A stretch of 64,000 bases of DNA from a virus (taxonomy: Duplodnaviria; Caudoviricetes): positions 320,001 through 384,000 of the IMG/VR virus record IMGVR_UViG_3300001528_000580; one strand, written 5' to 3'. The notes beneath the pieces are model-generated. The model saw only the letters and a list, made by a program, of their open reading frames with translations, was not told the origin of the DNA and searched no databases. Below are positions 28,273-39,400 of the stretch, piece by piece; position 1 is the first letter of the stretch; each line of letters opens with the position of its first letter. Both the position numbers and the translations under genes were made by a program.

Positions 28273-29878
28273 AAGTCACCTCAATACTTTCATCTTCACT
28301 TTTAGTAAAACTATTATCTCCCAATAATGTTCTACTAAATAAATTAGTACAATCATTTTTATCAATTGGCTTAATATTTGTCCATCCACCTGTACTATCT
28401 TTTATATATGAATCTCCATAAAATAAACCTATTTCAGTAAATTCAGTACCATTACCTATATCAAAATCCATGTATGATTTCCAACTTGCAATTGTATCTT
28501 CATCTGTTGAATGCCACCTCTGTACATCTAAATATACTTCTGGATTTTCTAAATTATCATTATTAATATCAACTACACTTGTTCCAGAGCCTAAAGCGAT
28601 AACTTGTGGTGTTTGTGGTGCAAAATTAGGAACTAAAAAATTAAACTTTTTTATTTGAATAACATTATCAGTTAATAACTTTTTGTAAAAACTAAAATTA
28701 GTAGCATTTTTAAATACATATGGATAAAATATGAAATAATGTTTACTAATGCCATCTGCATAATCATTTATCCAAAATGTATTTTTACCAGAAAAATTAC
28801 TTGAATTATCAGATTCATACTTTTCAACAGGTGAGCCACCCCACGGTAAACAGATATATTTATCCCATGTTTTTCCACCATCAATAGAAAAACTACCATT
28901 TCCAAAAATATTTTGTTCATCGAAATTATTTTTAGAACTATTAACAGAATTTTGAGCATAAGTATAATCAAGATATAATCCACATATGCCATATTTTATA
29001 TCATCAGTAATAATATGAACTTGATATTCAACAATTACATCAGTAGTTCTATTTACAAAATAATTATTTTTAAATATAATTGTTCTACTATCTTTATTAA
29101 AAATATAATCATTAATCGGATCTAATTTTACATATTGTGTCCCATTATAATATTTAACTATGACACTTAAACATTTTTCAGATTTCAATACATTAGAATC
29201 ATCAGGAAGTCTACCAATACCAGAAGATAAAAAATTACTTTCTTCATTGATCGGAAAATATTTAAATATAATATCTTTCTTTTCAACATTACCTGCATTA
29301 TTTAATATATGACCATCCCACAATTCATATGCAATATCAATTCCTTTTACAACAATTTTTTGTTTACAAAAAACTTTATTTATATCAATATTATGCCAAT
29401 TATGCAATTTATTAGAACTAGTAGAACCAGTCTTCCAAATTGTAGAAAATCTACTATTAGAACTTAAAATTTTATCAGTTGATTCAGAATCATATCCATT
29501 TATAGATTCATCATAATTATTAAACCAAATATAGCTATCAGTATAATTATTATATTTAAAAGGGCTTTTCAATACCCCACTATTAAAAAATGATGATGAT
29601 ACTGACCATTCATTAGAAGAATCAAATAATAATTCACAATTTCCAGATGAATTAGTCGTTAAACCATTACTGAAAACAGGCTTAATATTAAAAGGTGATA
29701 AATCTAATGACTTTAATCCATATAAATTATCAAAACTAGTAGTTGATGATGATTCTGACCATAATTCTAATATTCTTTTTCTACCAAGATTTGTAATAGT
29801 ATTAAATTTTTCAAATTTATCTACTATTTCATTATTTTTATTTCTCTTTATAAAAGAATATTTGCCTATTATCTTCAT
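28253..29878 (-). CDS. Tail/baseplate-like paralog 1
   Basis: NTITNLG..IALGSG..EIGLF..LFSR..KSEDESIEVTYEL. Confidence 0.68.
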   Translation of the reverse strand: MKIIGKYSFIKRNKNNEIVDKFEKFNTITNLGRKRILELWSESSSTTSFDNLYGLKSLDLSPFNIKPVFSNGLTTNSSGNCELLFDSSNEWSVSSSFFNSGVLKSPFKYNNYTDSYIWFNNYDESINGYDSESTDKILSSNSRFSTIWKTGSTSSNKLHNWHNIDINKVFCKQKIVVKGIDIAYELWDGHILNNAGNVEKKDIIFKYFPINEESNFLSSGIGRLPDDSNVLKSEKCLSVIVKYYNGTQYVKLDPINDYIFNKDSRTIIFKNNYFVNRTTDVIVEYQVHIITDDIKYGICGLYLDYTYAQNSVNSSKNNFDEQNIFGNGSFSIDGGKTWDKYICLPWGGSPVEKYESDNSSNFSGKNTFWINDYADGISKHYFIFYPYVFKNATNFSFYKKLLTDNVIQIKKFNFLVPNFAPQTPQVIALGSGTSVVDINNDNLENPEVYLDVQRWHSTDEDTIASWKSYMDFDIGNGTEFTEIGLFYGDSYIKDSTGGWTNIKPIDKNDCTNLFSRTLLGDNSFTKSEDESIEVTYELKIT

Positions 29879-30017
29879 TTATTATCCCATCTTCATTTTC
29901 AACTATTTCTTTTTTTATAACATCGTTATTTATAGAAAAATTATTAATTTTTTTATCATCACTTTTTTTGATTTTCTTTATAGTAACTCTATCTTGAATA
30001 CTAAATCCATCTTTCAT
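29838..30017 (-). CDS. Small hypothetical protein (59 aa)
   Basis: GAGG RBS; MKDGFSIQDRVTIKKI..FYKEK*; fills the gap in the operon. Confidence 0.5.
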   Translation of the reverse strand: MKDGFSIQDRVTIKKIKKSDDKKINNFSINNDVIKKEIVENEDGIINEDNRQIFFYKEK

Positions 30018-30019
30018 AA

Positions 30020-33000
30020 TTATACCTCTAATTGATAGAATTTACCAGCTACTTCACAACTAAATACTTTTTTTCCTGCTGTTGTTGCTGGATAACTTTC
30101 ATTATCATATTTTCCAGTAGAAGAATTATAATTTCCACTTGTTCCACCAAGAGCTAATGCAACTCTACCATACATTATTCCTCTTGATTCTAAGTCACCA
30201 GGAAAACTATTTTTACTACGACTATTTAAAATACTTTTTGCTTCTTGTTTAGTACAAATATAACTGTTCCATGTATATTGAGTTTTAATTTCACAAGCTG
30301 TTCTACCATAAGTTTCTTGTTCAGTACCCATTTGAACATCCCACGGACGATTTATATCTAATACTTGTTTGACAGTTCCATCTTGGACAACACCTCTTGG
30401 TAAAAATTTTAATTGTCCTTGTTCAAGTGAAGCATCTCCTTCATTAACAATTTTTATATCTCCAAAAGAATAATCTGGATATTTAGTTGTTGAATCTGCA
30501 ACTAATGTTGTATCTTCAAAAGAGAAATTAGAATATCCATCATTCCCCAATCTAAAATAAGTATGATGTCTATAATCACCAAATATTCTACCTCTTGGTG
30601 TTAAACCAAATTCATAACCAGTAGCATATGTTCCATTGTTAAATTCAACTATTCCTCTATCCTTATCAACTGAAAAATATTTAGATAATCTTCCATCATA
30701 AGCAGTATAAATAACTTCGCCTGTAATTGTAGAAATTGGATATTCTGGAACAACTAAATTTGTTTTTATTCCATCTGGATTAACGCCACTTGAAACTACA
30801 TATAAATTTAAATCTACATAATCTACTAAATCATCATTTGCCAATAAAAATGTTCTTGATGGTGGAGCTTCTGTTTTTGAATATGTATAATATGTATAAT
30901 CGGCATAAACATCATTTTCTGGCTTTACATCAAATATTACTGCACCATCATCATAATCTATTTCAAGACTAGTGCTATAATAATCATAAGTCATCTTTAA
31001 AGCATCAACGGATGCACCAGTTGTTGATTTGTGAACCCAAACCAAGCCATTTTTATTATCAACATTAAAATTATCCCAATATTTAACAATTTTCTTTGAT
31101 GCTTTAATCTTAAATCCACTACCAATCGGATTTTCTGCAGCAGATGTTGAATTTGCTGCATCTGATAAAAACATGACACAAATTCTTGTACTTGGAAATG
31201 TTTCTGTTGTAAAATCACCACTTGAACCTGCATTAACAGTGCCAGTAGATAATGAAAATACACCTGTTTGAGAACCAGTATACTCTTGTAATTTTTTTAA
31301 TTGTGATGAATCTTTTAATGTATAAACACTTTGTCCCAAATTATTAACAGTAGATGTTACACAACCTTCGGCACTTGCATCATAGATTCTTACGCAATCT
31401 GGCTTATCTCCTAACATATTATTATAAGGAGGACCATATGCAGTTTGATCAAGATAAAAATGTTCAAATTCTAACTGAATATCCCCATATCCTTCATTAT
31501 CAATGATCCAATATGTTAATCCAGCATAGTTGTCATCAATATCACCATAAGAAGATACCATTGCCGGATATTTTTTACTATTTGTCCATACAGTAGAAAC
31601 TCTTCCTTCTGTATCATAAACAATTTGATTATTTGAATTCAATACAACAGCATCATATAATTGTCTATTTGCACTATTTGCACTTTCAAGAGAAATAGAT
31701 ATTGCTTTTTCTGCATCAATAGTTCCATCTGCCAATGTTGGATATGAATGTGTTGATGGATAAAATATATCTTCCCATTTTCTTACTGATTCAGCTTGTG
31801 CAGAATCGGTTCTTGATATTAATGAATCTCCATTTGTACTAGATTCATATAATGCATGATCATAACCAGTACTTAACTCTCTTAAATTCCTTTTACTTGT
31901 TTTAAATAACTTTGTATTTAAATATATAGTTTTAATTAATGGCGTTTCTGTTGTATTACCTGCCTCATCATAAAACTCAACTTGAATATTTCTGGAATAA
32001 TCAGCATTTAATATGCCGCTTATATCTTCAAAACCACTATTATAATTTGGTTTTAAATAGACTGTTTTAATATTTTCACTTTCAATAAAAGTTTGAAAAT
32101 CACTCCATTTTTTATATCTAGGTTTTCCGTTTTCATCTAAATCATTATAATCAAGATATTCATCATAAATATCTCCAATAATTCTATATTTCAATCTTAA
32201 TGAACTTTGTGCAGCAAATTGTATTTTAACAGAATTATCAATTTCAAAAAAACCATTACTATCAATAGAAATACCTGTATAATTACTATTACCATTAGTT
32301 CCTGTTATTTTTAAAAATTCCATATTTGGTACAGTTGTATGAACAATCAAACTTCCATAGGCAACTTTACTAGTGTTAAATTCATTATCAGCAATCTGTA
32401 CATATACAACTTTATTTACAGTATCTTGATATTGGAAATTTACAACAACATTATTATCTCCAAGATTAGTTTCTAAATCAATCCACGGAATAGTTAAATC
32501 ATTATCATCAAAAGGTGTTTCTGATATTCTATATTTTTTTATTACATAGTATCCATTACTTTCATCACTTGTAAATGGATTGGTATCAGAAGAATCATCA
32601 TTATTGGATTCTGTTACTTTAAATTCATACTTTGATGCTGTATTAATATACTTATCAAATCCGTTAATAATTAATTTAGTAGGATCACTGGTGCTTATAC
32701 TATTTTTCTTATTGTTTACTTCAAAATGTCTTACAAATTGAGAAGCAAGAATACTTCTAACATCTACAATATTATTTGAATCACCACTAATTTGTGTTTT
32801 AAAAGAATATCTATATATCACATTTCCGGTGCTGCTATAATCATTTGCATTTCTTTCAGAAATATCCAAAAATAGATATAATTTCTTATTTTTTATATCT
32901 TCAAAATTTGTTTCTTGAGTATAATCCCAATATAGACTATAATTTGATGTAGCACTAATAGATTGATTTACTGTAAATTGACCAATATTACTATTTGTTC

Positions 33001-33910
33001 TTTTTTGACCACTAATTGCATCACCTGTTCTTACAAAATATCCATCTTTCCAATTAGTAGTTTCTCCTTTATATAAATGGAAATTTAAACCAAATTGATC
33101 TATACTAGTTGCCGCTATTGAATTCCAAATATTACTACCAGTATCATTATTTCTTTTTAATACAAGTTTTGCAGTAAATACATATGCATCACCATTTTTA
33201 GTTACACCAGCAGGATTTGTATCTGAATTATATTGTAATTCAGCATTATCAAGTAATATATTATTTCTATAATAACGAGCAAATTTTGTTTTTGTATTAA
33301 CTGCAACACTATTCTCTGTACCTTCATTCCAATAATAAACTTGATTATCCTCATCACCTAATATTATTTCTGAACCATCATCAAAAATACTTGTTTTAAC
33401 ACTTTTAAACAACAAATAATTATTTTCATCATAAAATTCTACTATTTCAGTAGAATTTTCATAAGTTATTTTCAATATTAAAGATGTATATGGAATTGGA
33501 TTGTAAAAATAAATACCACCATTGTAATTTTTATTAGTATTATTAAATATTTTTTTAATCATCTTTAATACGTCAATATTATCAGCAGTTACATCATTGG
33601 TAGTTTCTGATGTTGTAACCCAATATAAACCAGAAACTTCTGGTTCTGAACCTTCAAAATTAACTATTCTGTCATTATATTTATCTGCCTCAATATAATT
33701 TAAAGATTGAACGAAAAATAAAGTTGCAGGACTGATTAAAGTATTTGTATTAACATAAGGAGAAAAACCAAATCTTAAAGCTGGTCTAAATCTATATGAT
33801 GATGGTGATGTAACCAATTCACTATAACTACTACTAGTTAACGTAGTTATTTTTGTAGCAGAAGTTCCTGAACCATCTTTACTTTTAAAATATATATAAT
33901 TTCCACTCAT
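30020..33910 (-). CDS. Large probable virion protein with CUB-like domain
   Basis: Beta-rich; DYDDGAVIF..VYADYTY tail-type repeats; CUB-like pattern near aa 800-940. Confidence 0.65.
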   Translation of the reverse strand: MSGNYIYFKSKDGSGTSATKITTLTSSSYSELVTSPSSYRFRPALRFGFSPYVNTNTLISPATLFFVQSLNYIEADKYNDRIVNFEGSEPEVSGLYWVTTSETTNDVTADNIDVLKMIKKIFNNTNKNYNGGIYFYNPIPYTSLILKITYENSTEIVEFYDENNYLLFKSVKTSIFDDGSEIILGDEDNQVYYWNEGTENSVAVNTKTKFARYYRNNILLDNAELQYNSDTNPAGVTKNGDAYVFTAKLVLKRNNDTGSNIWNSIAATSIDQFGLNFHLYKGETTNWKDGYFVRTGDAISGQKRTNSNIGQFTVNQSISATSNYSLYWDYTQETNFEDIKNKKLYLFLDISERNANDYSSTGNVIYRYSFKTQISGDSNNIVDVRSILASQFVRHFEVNNKKNSISTSDPTKLIINGFDKYINTASKYEFKVTESNNDDSSDTNPFTSDESNGYYVIKKYRISETPFDDNDLTIPWIDLETNLGDNNVVVNFQYQDTVNKVVYVQIADNEFNTSKVAYGSLIVHTTVPNMEFLKITGTNGNSNYTGISIDSNGFFEIDNSVKIQFAAQSSLRLKYRIIGDIYDEYLDYNDLDENGKPRYKKWSDFQTFIESENIKTVYLKPNYNSGFEDISGILNADYSRNIQVEFYDEAGNTTETPLIKTIYLNTKLFKTSKRNLRELSTGYDHALYESSTNGDSLISRTDSAQAESVRKWEDIFYPSTHSYPTLADGTIDAEKAISISLESANSANRQLYDAVVLNSNNQIVYDTEGRVSTVWTNSKKYPAMVSSYGDIDDNYAGLTYWIIDNEGYGDIQLEFEHFYLDQTAYGPPYNNMLGDKPDCVRIYDASAEGCVTSTVNNLGQSVYTLKDSSQLKKLQEYTGSQTGVFSLSTGTVNAGSSGDFTTETFPSTRICVMFLSDAANSTSAAENPIGSGFKIKASKKIVKYWDNFNVDNKNGLVWVHKSTTGASVDALKMTYDYYSTSLEIDYDDGAVIFDVKPENDVYADYTYYTYSKTEAPPSRTFLLANDDLVDYVDLNLYVVSSGVNPDGIKTNLVVPEYPISTITGEVIYTAYDGRLSKYFSVDKDRGIVEFNNGTYATGYEFGLTPRGRIFGDYRHHTYFRLGNDGYSNFSFEDTTLVADSTTKYPDYSFGDIKIVNEGDASLEQGQLKFLPRGVVQDGTVKQVLDINRPWDVQMGTEQETYGRTACEIKTQYTWNSYICTKQEAKSILNSRSKNSFPGDLESRGIMYGRVALALGGTSGNYNSSTGKYDNESYPATTAGKKVFSCEVAGKFYQLEV

Positions 33911-33937
33911 TTTAATTTTTCCTATTTATTTTCATTT

Positions 33938-36430
33938 TTATAATGACAAATTTGAAACTTTATTTAACGAAAACACAATACATTGATATGATGAGTCATC
34001 TTTAAAAAAGTCAACTGCTCTTAATTTAAATTTTATTGTTTGTTCCTGTTCACTATCATAATATGTCAATACAATATTTTGATAATTTTCTTCTCTAGTT
34101 AATATAGCCGTTTTGTCATAAAATATATTAACTTTTTCAATTTGGCTATCATTAAACCTAAATATATATTCATATAATCCATTATCTGAATCAACTCTTG
34201 ATATTGTATAATCAGTATTCTCGATTAACAATAAGTCGCCATTATATATCTTTAATGTAGATTCAATCATTGTATCTATGATAGTTATAGTATTTATATC
34301 TACAAAAGTTCCATCTTGTTCTTCTACACTTGTATTTATTTTTTCACCAATTTTAATTACTGGATAAATAACTGATAAATTTAACAATCCATATTCATCA
34401 TGATCTAACGAACAACTAATATTTCCAATGGTTGACAAAGAATCATTTGTTTTTAAAACTATATTTAATTTATTGTTATTATTATTTTCTACTTTAAAAT
34501 AATTAGTATCTAAAAATTGATTTGGTAATAATGTATATGTTTTATCTCCACTGATACTACTACTGCTGCTACTACTTGAAGATGATTCTGTTGATTCAAC
34601 AAAAAAAGAAACCCTTGATAATTTTTCTGATTGAATAGTATTTTTATCTGGTAAATTAACATCTGTCCATTTACCTGTTGTTGGATCTTTCACTTTTGTT
34701 AAAAAAGAAACTCCAATAAATTGTTGAATATCATCTCTATATACCCAACGCTTCCCAATAGAACCAGGATATTCTTTGTCAGTTAATGCCTTATATTTAA
34801 ATCCACCAGAAACATAGTTTGGATCAAGATCTAATTTTTGATTTATTACACTTTCCATTCCTGCATAATAAGTAAAATTAGCTCTAACTTTACCTTTTTT
34901 TTCTGATTCTGCTTCAGTAGAAGTAGCATTAAAATCTTCTTTATCTTCTCCGAAAACAACTGCACCATTTCTATATCTAATTGTATAACCACTTTCTACA
35001 AAACAAGGAATAGCAGGAGTTTGAATAGTATTATTATTAGAATCTATGTATTCATCACCAGGATAATCTTTTTTACCATAGAATACATCAGGATTTAACC
35101 TCATATGTTCTGTCACCCAATTTTGATAATCGGATACAAATGTTTTAGTAGGACTTGATTCATAATAATATGTAGAAACAAATGCACCTCTTTTTAAATA
35201 ATCAATATTATTTAAATCAATTTCTCCATTTTCAACAGCTCTATTGATATATGCTGTCAAATCAAATACACCTCTTGTTGGATCTGTATAATAATCAATA
35301 ACAATATCTATATCAACATCACCACCAAGAGAAGATGAACTTGAAGAACTAGAAGAAGATTTACCAGTAACAGAAACAGTTCTCCACGGCTTTGTTTTGT
35401 GATTTACAATTATACCACCACATAGCATTTCTAGATTTTCTTTTGAACTATCAGAAAACTCATAATTTCCATCTTGATTTTTAGTAAAATTTATATCATT
35501 ATGTACTCTTTTAATTCTTTCAACATATAGATTATTTAATGAAGTCCCATCTTCTGTACCATTATATAATTTACATTTCAATGACGTAAATAAATATGGT
35601 GAGCTTAAATTTTTACTAAACAATTGATATTTTATTATTATGTTTCTAGTATTTTTGACTACCTGTGGATTAAAGATAATTCTTCCATCTTTAATAACAG
35701 TATAATAAACAGGAGAAATTAAATCACCTTGTTGATTATCTTCTGTTCTATCATATACTAAGATATTCAAAAAATCTGGACTACTTGTATCATAAAATAA
35801 CTGACGTTTTTCTCCGTTTAATAAAGATAAATCTAATGTTAATGTGTCATCTTGACCATATATTAAGGTATGATTTAATGATTGTTCTTCAAGATCATAT
35901 ACCCAAATATTTTTAATTAAATATGTAGTATTTTGTACACTTGTTCCATCTGCGGTAAACCATATCACCCAATTATTAGCTGTTGTATCAAAGAATATTT
36001 TATAATCATAACTTGAATCAACTGGTTCATTTTGATCTTCTTCTGATATTAAAATACCTTTAAGATAAGTACTACTATATTCAGTTTCACTTATTTTTTT
36101 CCATATTTCAATAAACATTGTTTCTTTATTTACTACTAAATATTTTGTAAAAATACTTGAAGACAATGTTATTTTTCCACTAGTATCTGAAACAGTATAT
36201 TCATAGCCACTTTCAGTTCCAGTAGAATGATTATAACCTAATCTCTTTACCGGAATAAGAATATCATTTTCTATTGTATTAACACCAACTAATTCATATG
36301 CTTCTGCTGGCATTAACTTTTTTTGCTTAATTGGTAATAATTCGTCATTTGTTGCGCCCTGAATATCGTTATCATTAGTGCTAGAGTATCCCTTAAACAA
36401 ACGATAAATCTTAATCTTAGGTGTAGCCAT
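33938..36430 (-). CDS. Probable virion protein with poly-Ser linkers
   Basis: Beta-rich; two long Ser runs; within structural cluster. Confidence 0.6.
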   Translation of the reverse strand: MATPKIKIYRLFKGYSSTNDNDIQGATNDELLPIKQKKLMPAEAYELVGVNTIENDILIPVKRLGYNHSTGTESGYEYTVSDTSGKITLSSSIFTKYLVVNKETMFIEIWKKISETEYSSTYLKGILISEEDQNEPVDSSYDYKIFFDTTANNWVIWFTADGTSVQNTTYLIKNIWVYDLEEQSLNHTLIYGQDDTLTLDLSLLNGEKRQLFYDTSSPDFLNILVYDRTEDNQQGDLISPVYYTVIKDGRIIFNPQVVKNTRNIIIKYQLFSKNLSSPYLFTSLKCKLYNGTEDGTSLNNLYVERIKRVHNDINFTKNQDGNYEFSDSSKENLEMLCGGIIVNHKTKPWRTVSVTGKSSSSSSSSSSLGGDVDIDIVIDYYTDPTRGVFDLTAYINRAVENGEIDLNNIDYLKRGAFVSTYYYESSPTKTFVSDYQNWVTEHMRLNPDVFYGKKDYPGDEYIDSNNNTIQTPAIPCFVESGYTIRYRNGAVVFGEDKEDFNATSTEAESEKKGKVRANFTYYAGMESVINQKLDLDPNYVSGGFKYKALTDKEYPGSIGKRWVYRDDIQQFIGVSFLTKVKDPTTGKWTDVNLPDKNTIQSEKLSRVSFFVESTESSSSSSSSSSISGDKTYTLLPNQFLDTNYFKVENNNNNKLNIVLKTNDSLSTIGNISCSLDHDEYGLLNLSVIYPVIKIGEKINTSVEEQDGTFVDINTITIIDTMIESTLKIYNGDLLLIENTDYTISRVDSDNGLYEYIFRFNDSQIEKVNIFYDKTAILTREENYQNIVLTYYDSEQEQTIKFKLRAVDFFKDDSSYQCIVFSLNKVSNLSL

Positions 36431-36493
36431 TTTATCTCCATCTTTATTTAAATTTTATAATACAAAAAATATAAAAAATGTTGCATTAAATAA

Positions 36494-39400
36494 TTAAACA
36501 TCTAAATATTTAAACTTATTATCAGGATTAATTGTATATCCAAAAGTTTCTGCATCAGCATAACTTAACCAGTTTCCATATCTATGATATTGTTTTTTAT
36601 TATCATTATTTAAAAATACAATTCTGACTTCTAAATCATTTAAGCTATATTCTCCAATAGAACTTTTACTTATTGATATACTGTTTTCTATTCCTGTGTT
36701 ACTTGTTGGTATAGAACCTAAATTACAAGATGAAGCCACAACATTATTATAATTATTCCATGTTCTCTTACTTGTAATTATTACTGTTTTAACAATAATT
36801 TTTTGAACATCTTTTCCATTTAATTTTCCATTTATGGTTGAATTATAATATAATCTTTGTATCTTATTTCCATAATAAACATCTGCAACTATACTAGGAT
36901 TAAAACCATTTTCTATTACTAATTGAGCTTCTTCCCATGATGTTAAATTGTTAGATTTAGTTCTATATATATCAGAATTACCATTCATATCATATACAGA
37001 AAAATATAAATAATAAGTTTTAACATTATCTTCTATATCCATATATAAAAATGGAGTTCCATAATTAATACTGTCATAATTATAAGAAAAATCTTTTATT
37101 TTTAAATTATCTTTATTTATTATAATATTTTTTGATTCCCATGATTTTTCATTACCATCAGAACCATAAAAAACTATATTTTGCCCATTTAATGCACATA
37201 ATATGTAATCATTATATTTTTCTATTACTGTTTGATTATCTTTTATTATTTCTCTTTCTTTTTCTTCATATATTATACTAGGATAATAACAATTATCTAA
37301 ACCATAACATGTTACTGGTTGTTCCCAATTGTCACCAGTATAATCCGATTTCTGAAAACAAACAACATTTTTATTACCTTCAAAATCAGTAATTTCAACC
37401 GCACTTGTCCACATATAAAAACTATTATTTATTCTTACAACAAATGGATCTAAAAACTGATCGTAGTTACATGTATCTGTAACAATGTCATCAGGATTAT
37501 ATGGAAAACATTGTGAATATTCACCATATTCTTGTCCATTTTTACTCATTGCAGAATATATTAATTTATTACCTTGAATTGATGGTTTATAATAAAATAA
37601 ATAATAATCATTATCAAATACCACACATACTGGTCTTATTTTATTTGGGTTAAAACTAATCCAATTTTTAAAACTATCATTATCAATAACATATCCATCT
37701 GAATCTCTCAATCTATCTGTTGGGAAAGCTACTGTATAACCAGAATAATTTGATGTACTTATATCATTTTCAGATGGATTTGCTAATTTTATAATATCAC
37801 TCTTTGTTTTTGAAATATATATAACATAGCCATAATAATCCCAACTTAACAAATGAACATTACCAAGATCTTTATTGCCAATTCCTAAAAATGTTATTTT
37901 TAAATTGTTTCCATCCTCAGTAATTGATTTTATTAAACTTCTTGAAATTTCTTTTTTAGTATCAGTAAATAAGTTATATGGTCTTAATCTCCAAAAATAT
38001 TCAGTTGTCCAACTATCATAATTACTTGGTAAAATATCTGTACTTATTTTACCAGGATATTTATCTTTTGGCATGTTATAATCACCATAGTATCTATTAT
38101 CTTCATGCTCTGGTGCTCCTTCTGGATCGGTATTTGAATAACTTTCTCCATCTATTTTAACATGGCTTGCATTTGATACACTTTTACCAGCCCTTATTCT
38201 TTCTGTTGAATCACTACTATCATTATAAGTATAAAATTCATCTCTTAATGGTAAATTTTTACCTTGTGAATTATACATAGAATTAAAATCCATTTGAAAA
38301 TTATAATATACTATATATAAATCTGTAATATCATCACTCATATTAGCATCTGAAACTGTACCAGTACTAGGAGAATCGATAACTCTAAATTTATATGGAA
38401 CAGGATTTTCTTCATTATATGTATTGTTCTCAAATCCATTATTATAATATCCCTGTCTTACTAAAGCTCTTCTATTTTCCATTTCACATTCTAACAATTT
38501 CTTTTTATATATCAATAAATTTGTTTTTTCTATTTCAATATCATTATTTAAGTTTGTGATTAAATCTATTCTTTTTACATTATAAACTTCATCATATCCA
38601 TTCATCCAATTATTATATCCTGTTCTATCAATAAGAACACCTGAATCATTATAATATTCTTGAACTCCCCATGCTATAGATTCTGAAACTCCATTATTTA
38701 TAACTGTTTTATATGGTCTATCTTTTATTTCTTGAACTTGATTTTCTTTATCTTTTATTGTTCCATTTGTTATTATATAATCTCTTGTTTCTGTTATTGT
38801 AATATAAACAATATTACCATTTTCATCAGTTACAATGTTACCATTTTCATCAGTTTTTTCTATCTCATATGTATATTCATATGGTTCAACCCTTTCCCAT
38901 GTTCCAACAGGATTATCAAGTTCAACGTATTCTGTTAATCCATCTTCATCTACAACTACCTCGAATCTATTTTCTTTATAAATATAATATTGTTTTCCAC
39001 CCTCTAATTGTAATATTTTTCTTTCATAATAATCAATTTCAGGGTTTTTGGTGCATATCCATGTGAAATAAGGTTTGTCACCTTGATTAAATTTTGTATA
39101 TGTTGCATCTATTTTAATACGATAAGATGTTCCTGCTGGTAAACTATAATTATTAGTATTCCAATAAATTCTATGAATAATCAAATCTTTTGGATCTCTT
39201 AAATTAGATGTTAAATATGTTGTTTGTCCTTTTATATCATCCATTTCAATAGAATTCCATGTTCTTCCATCTTGTGAATAATAAATTGCTGTTAAATCAT
39301 ATAAATCACCTTGAGTATCATCAATTCTAAAATCAATAGCTAACAATCCTGTCCACGGATTATATTCAATATTAACTATATTTGCTGGATTGACGGCATC

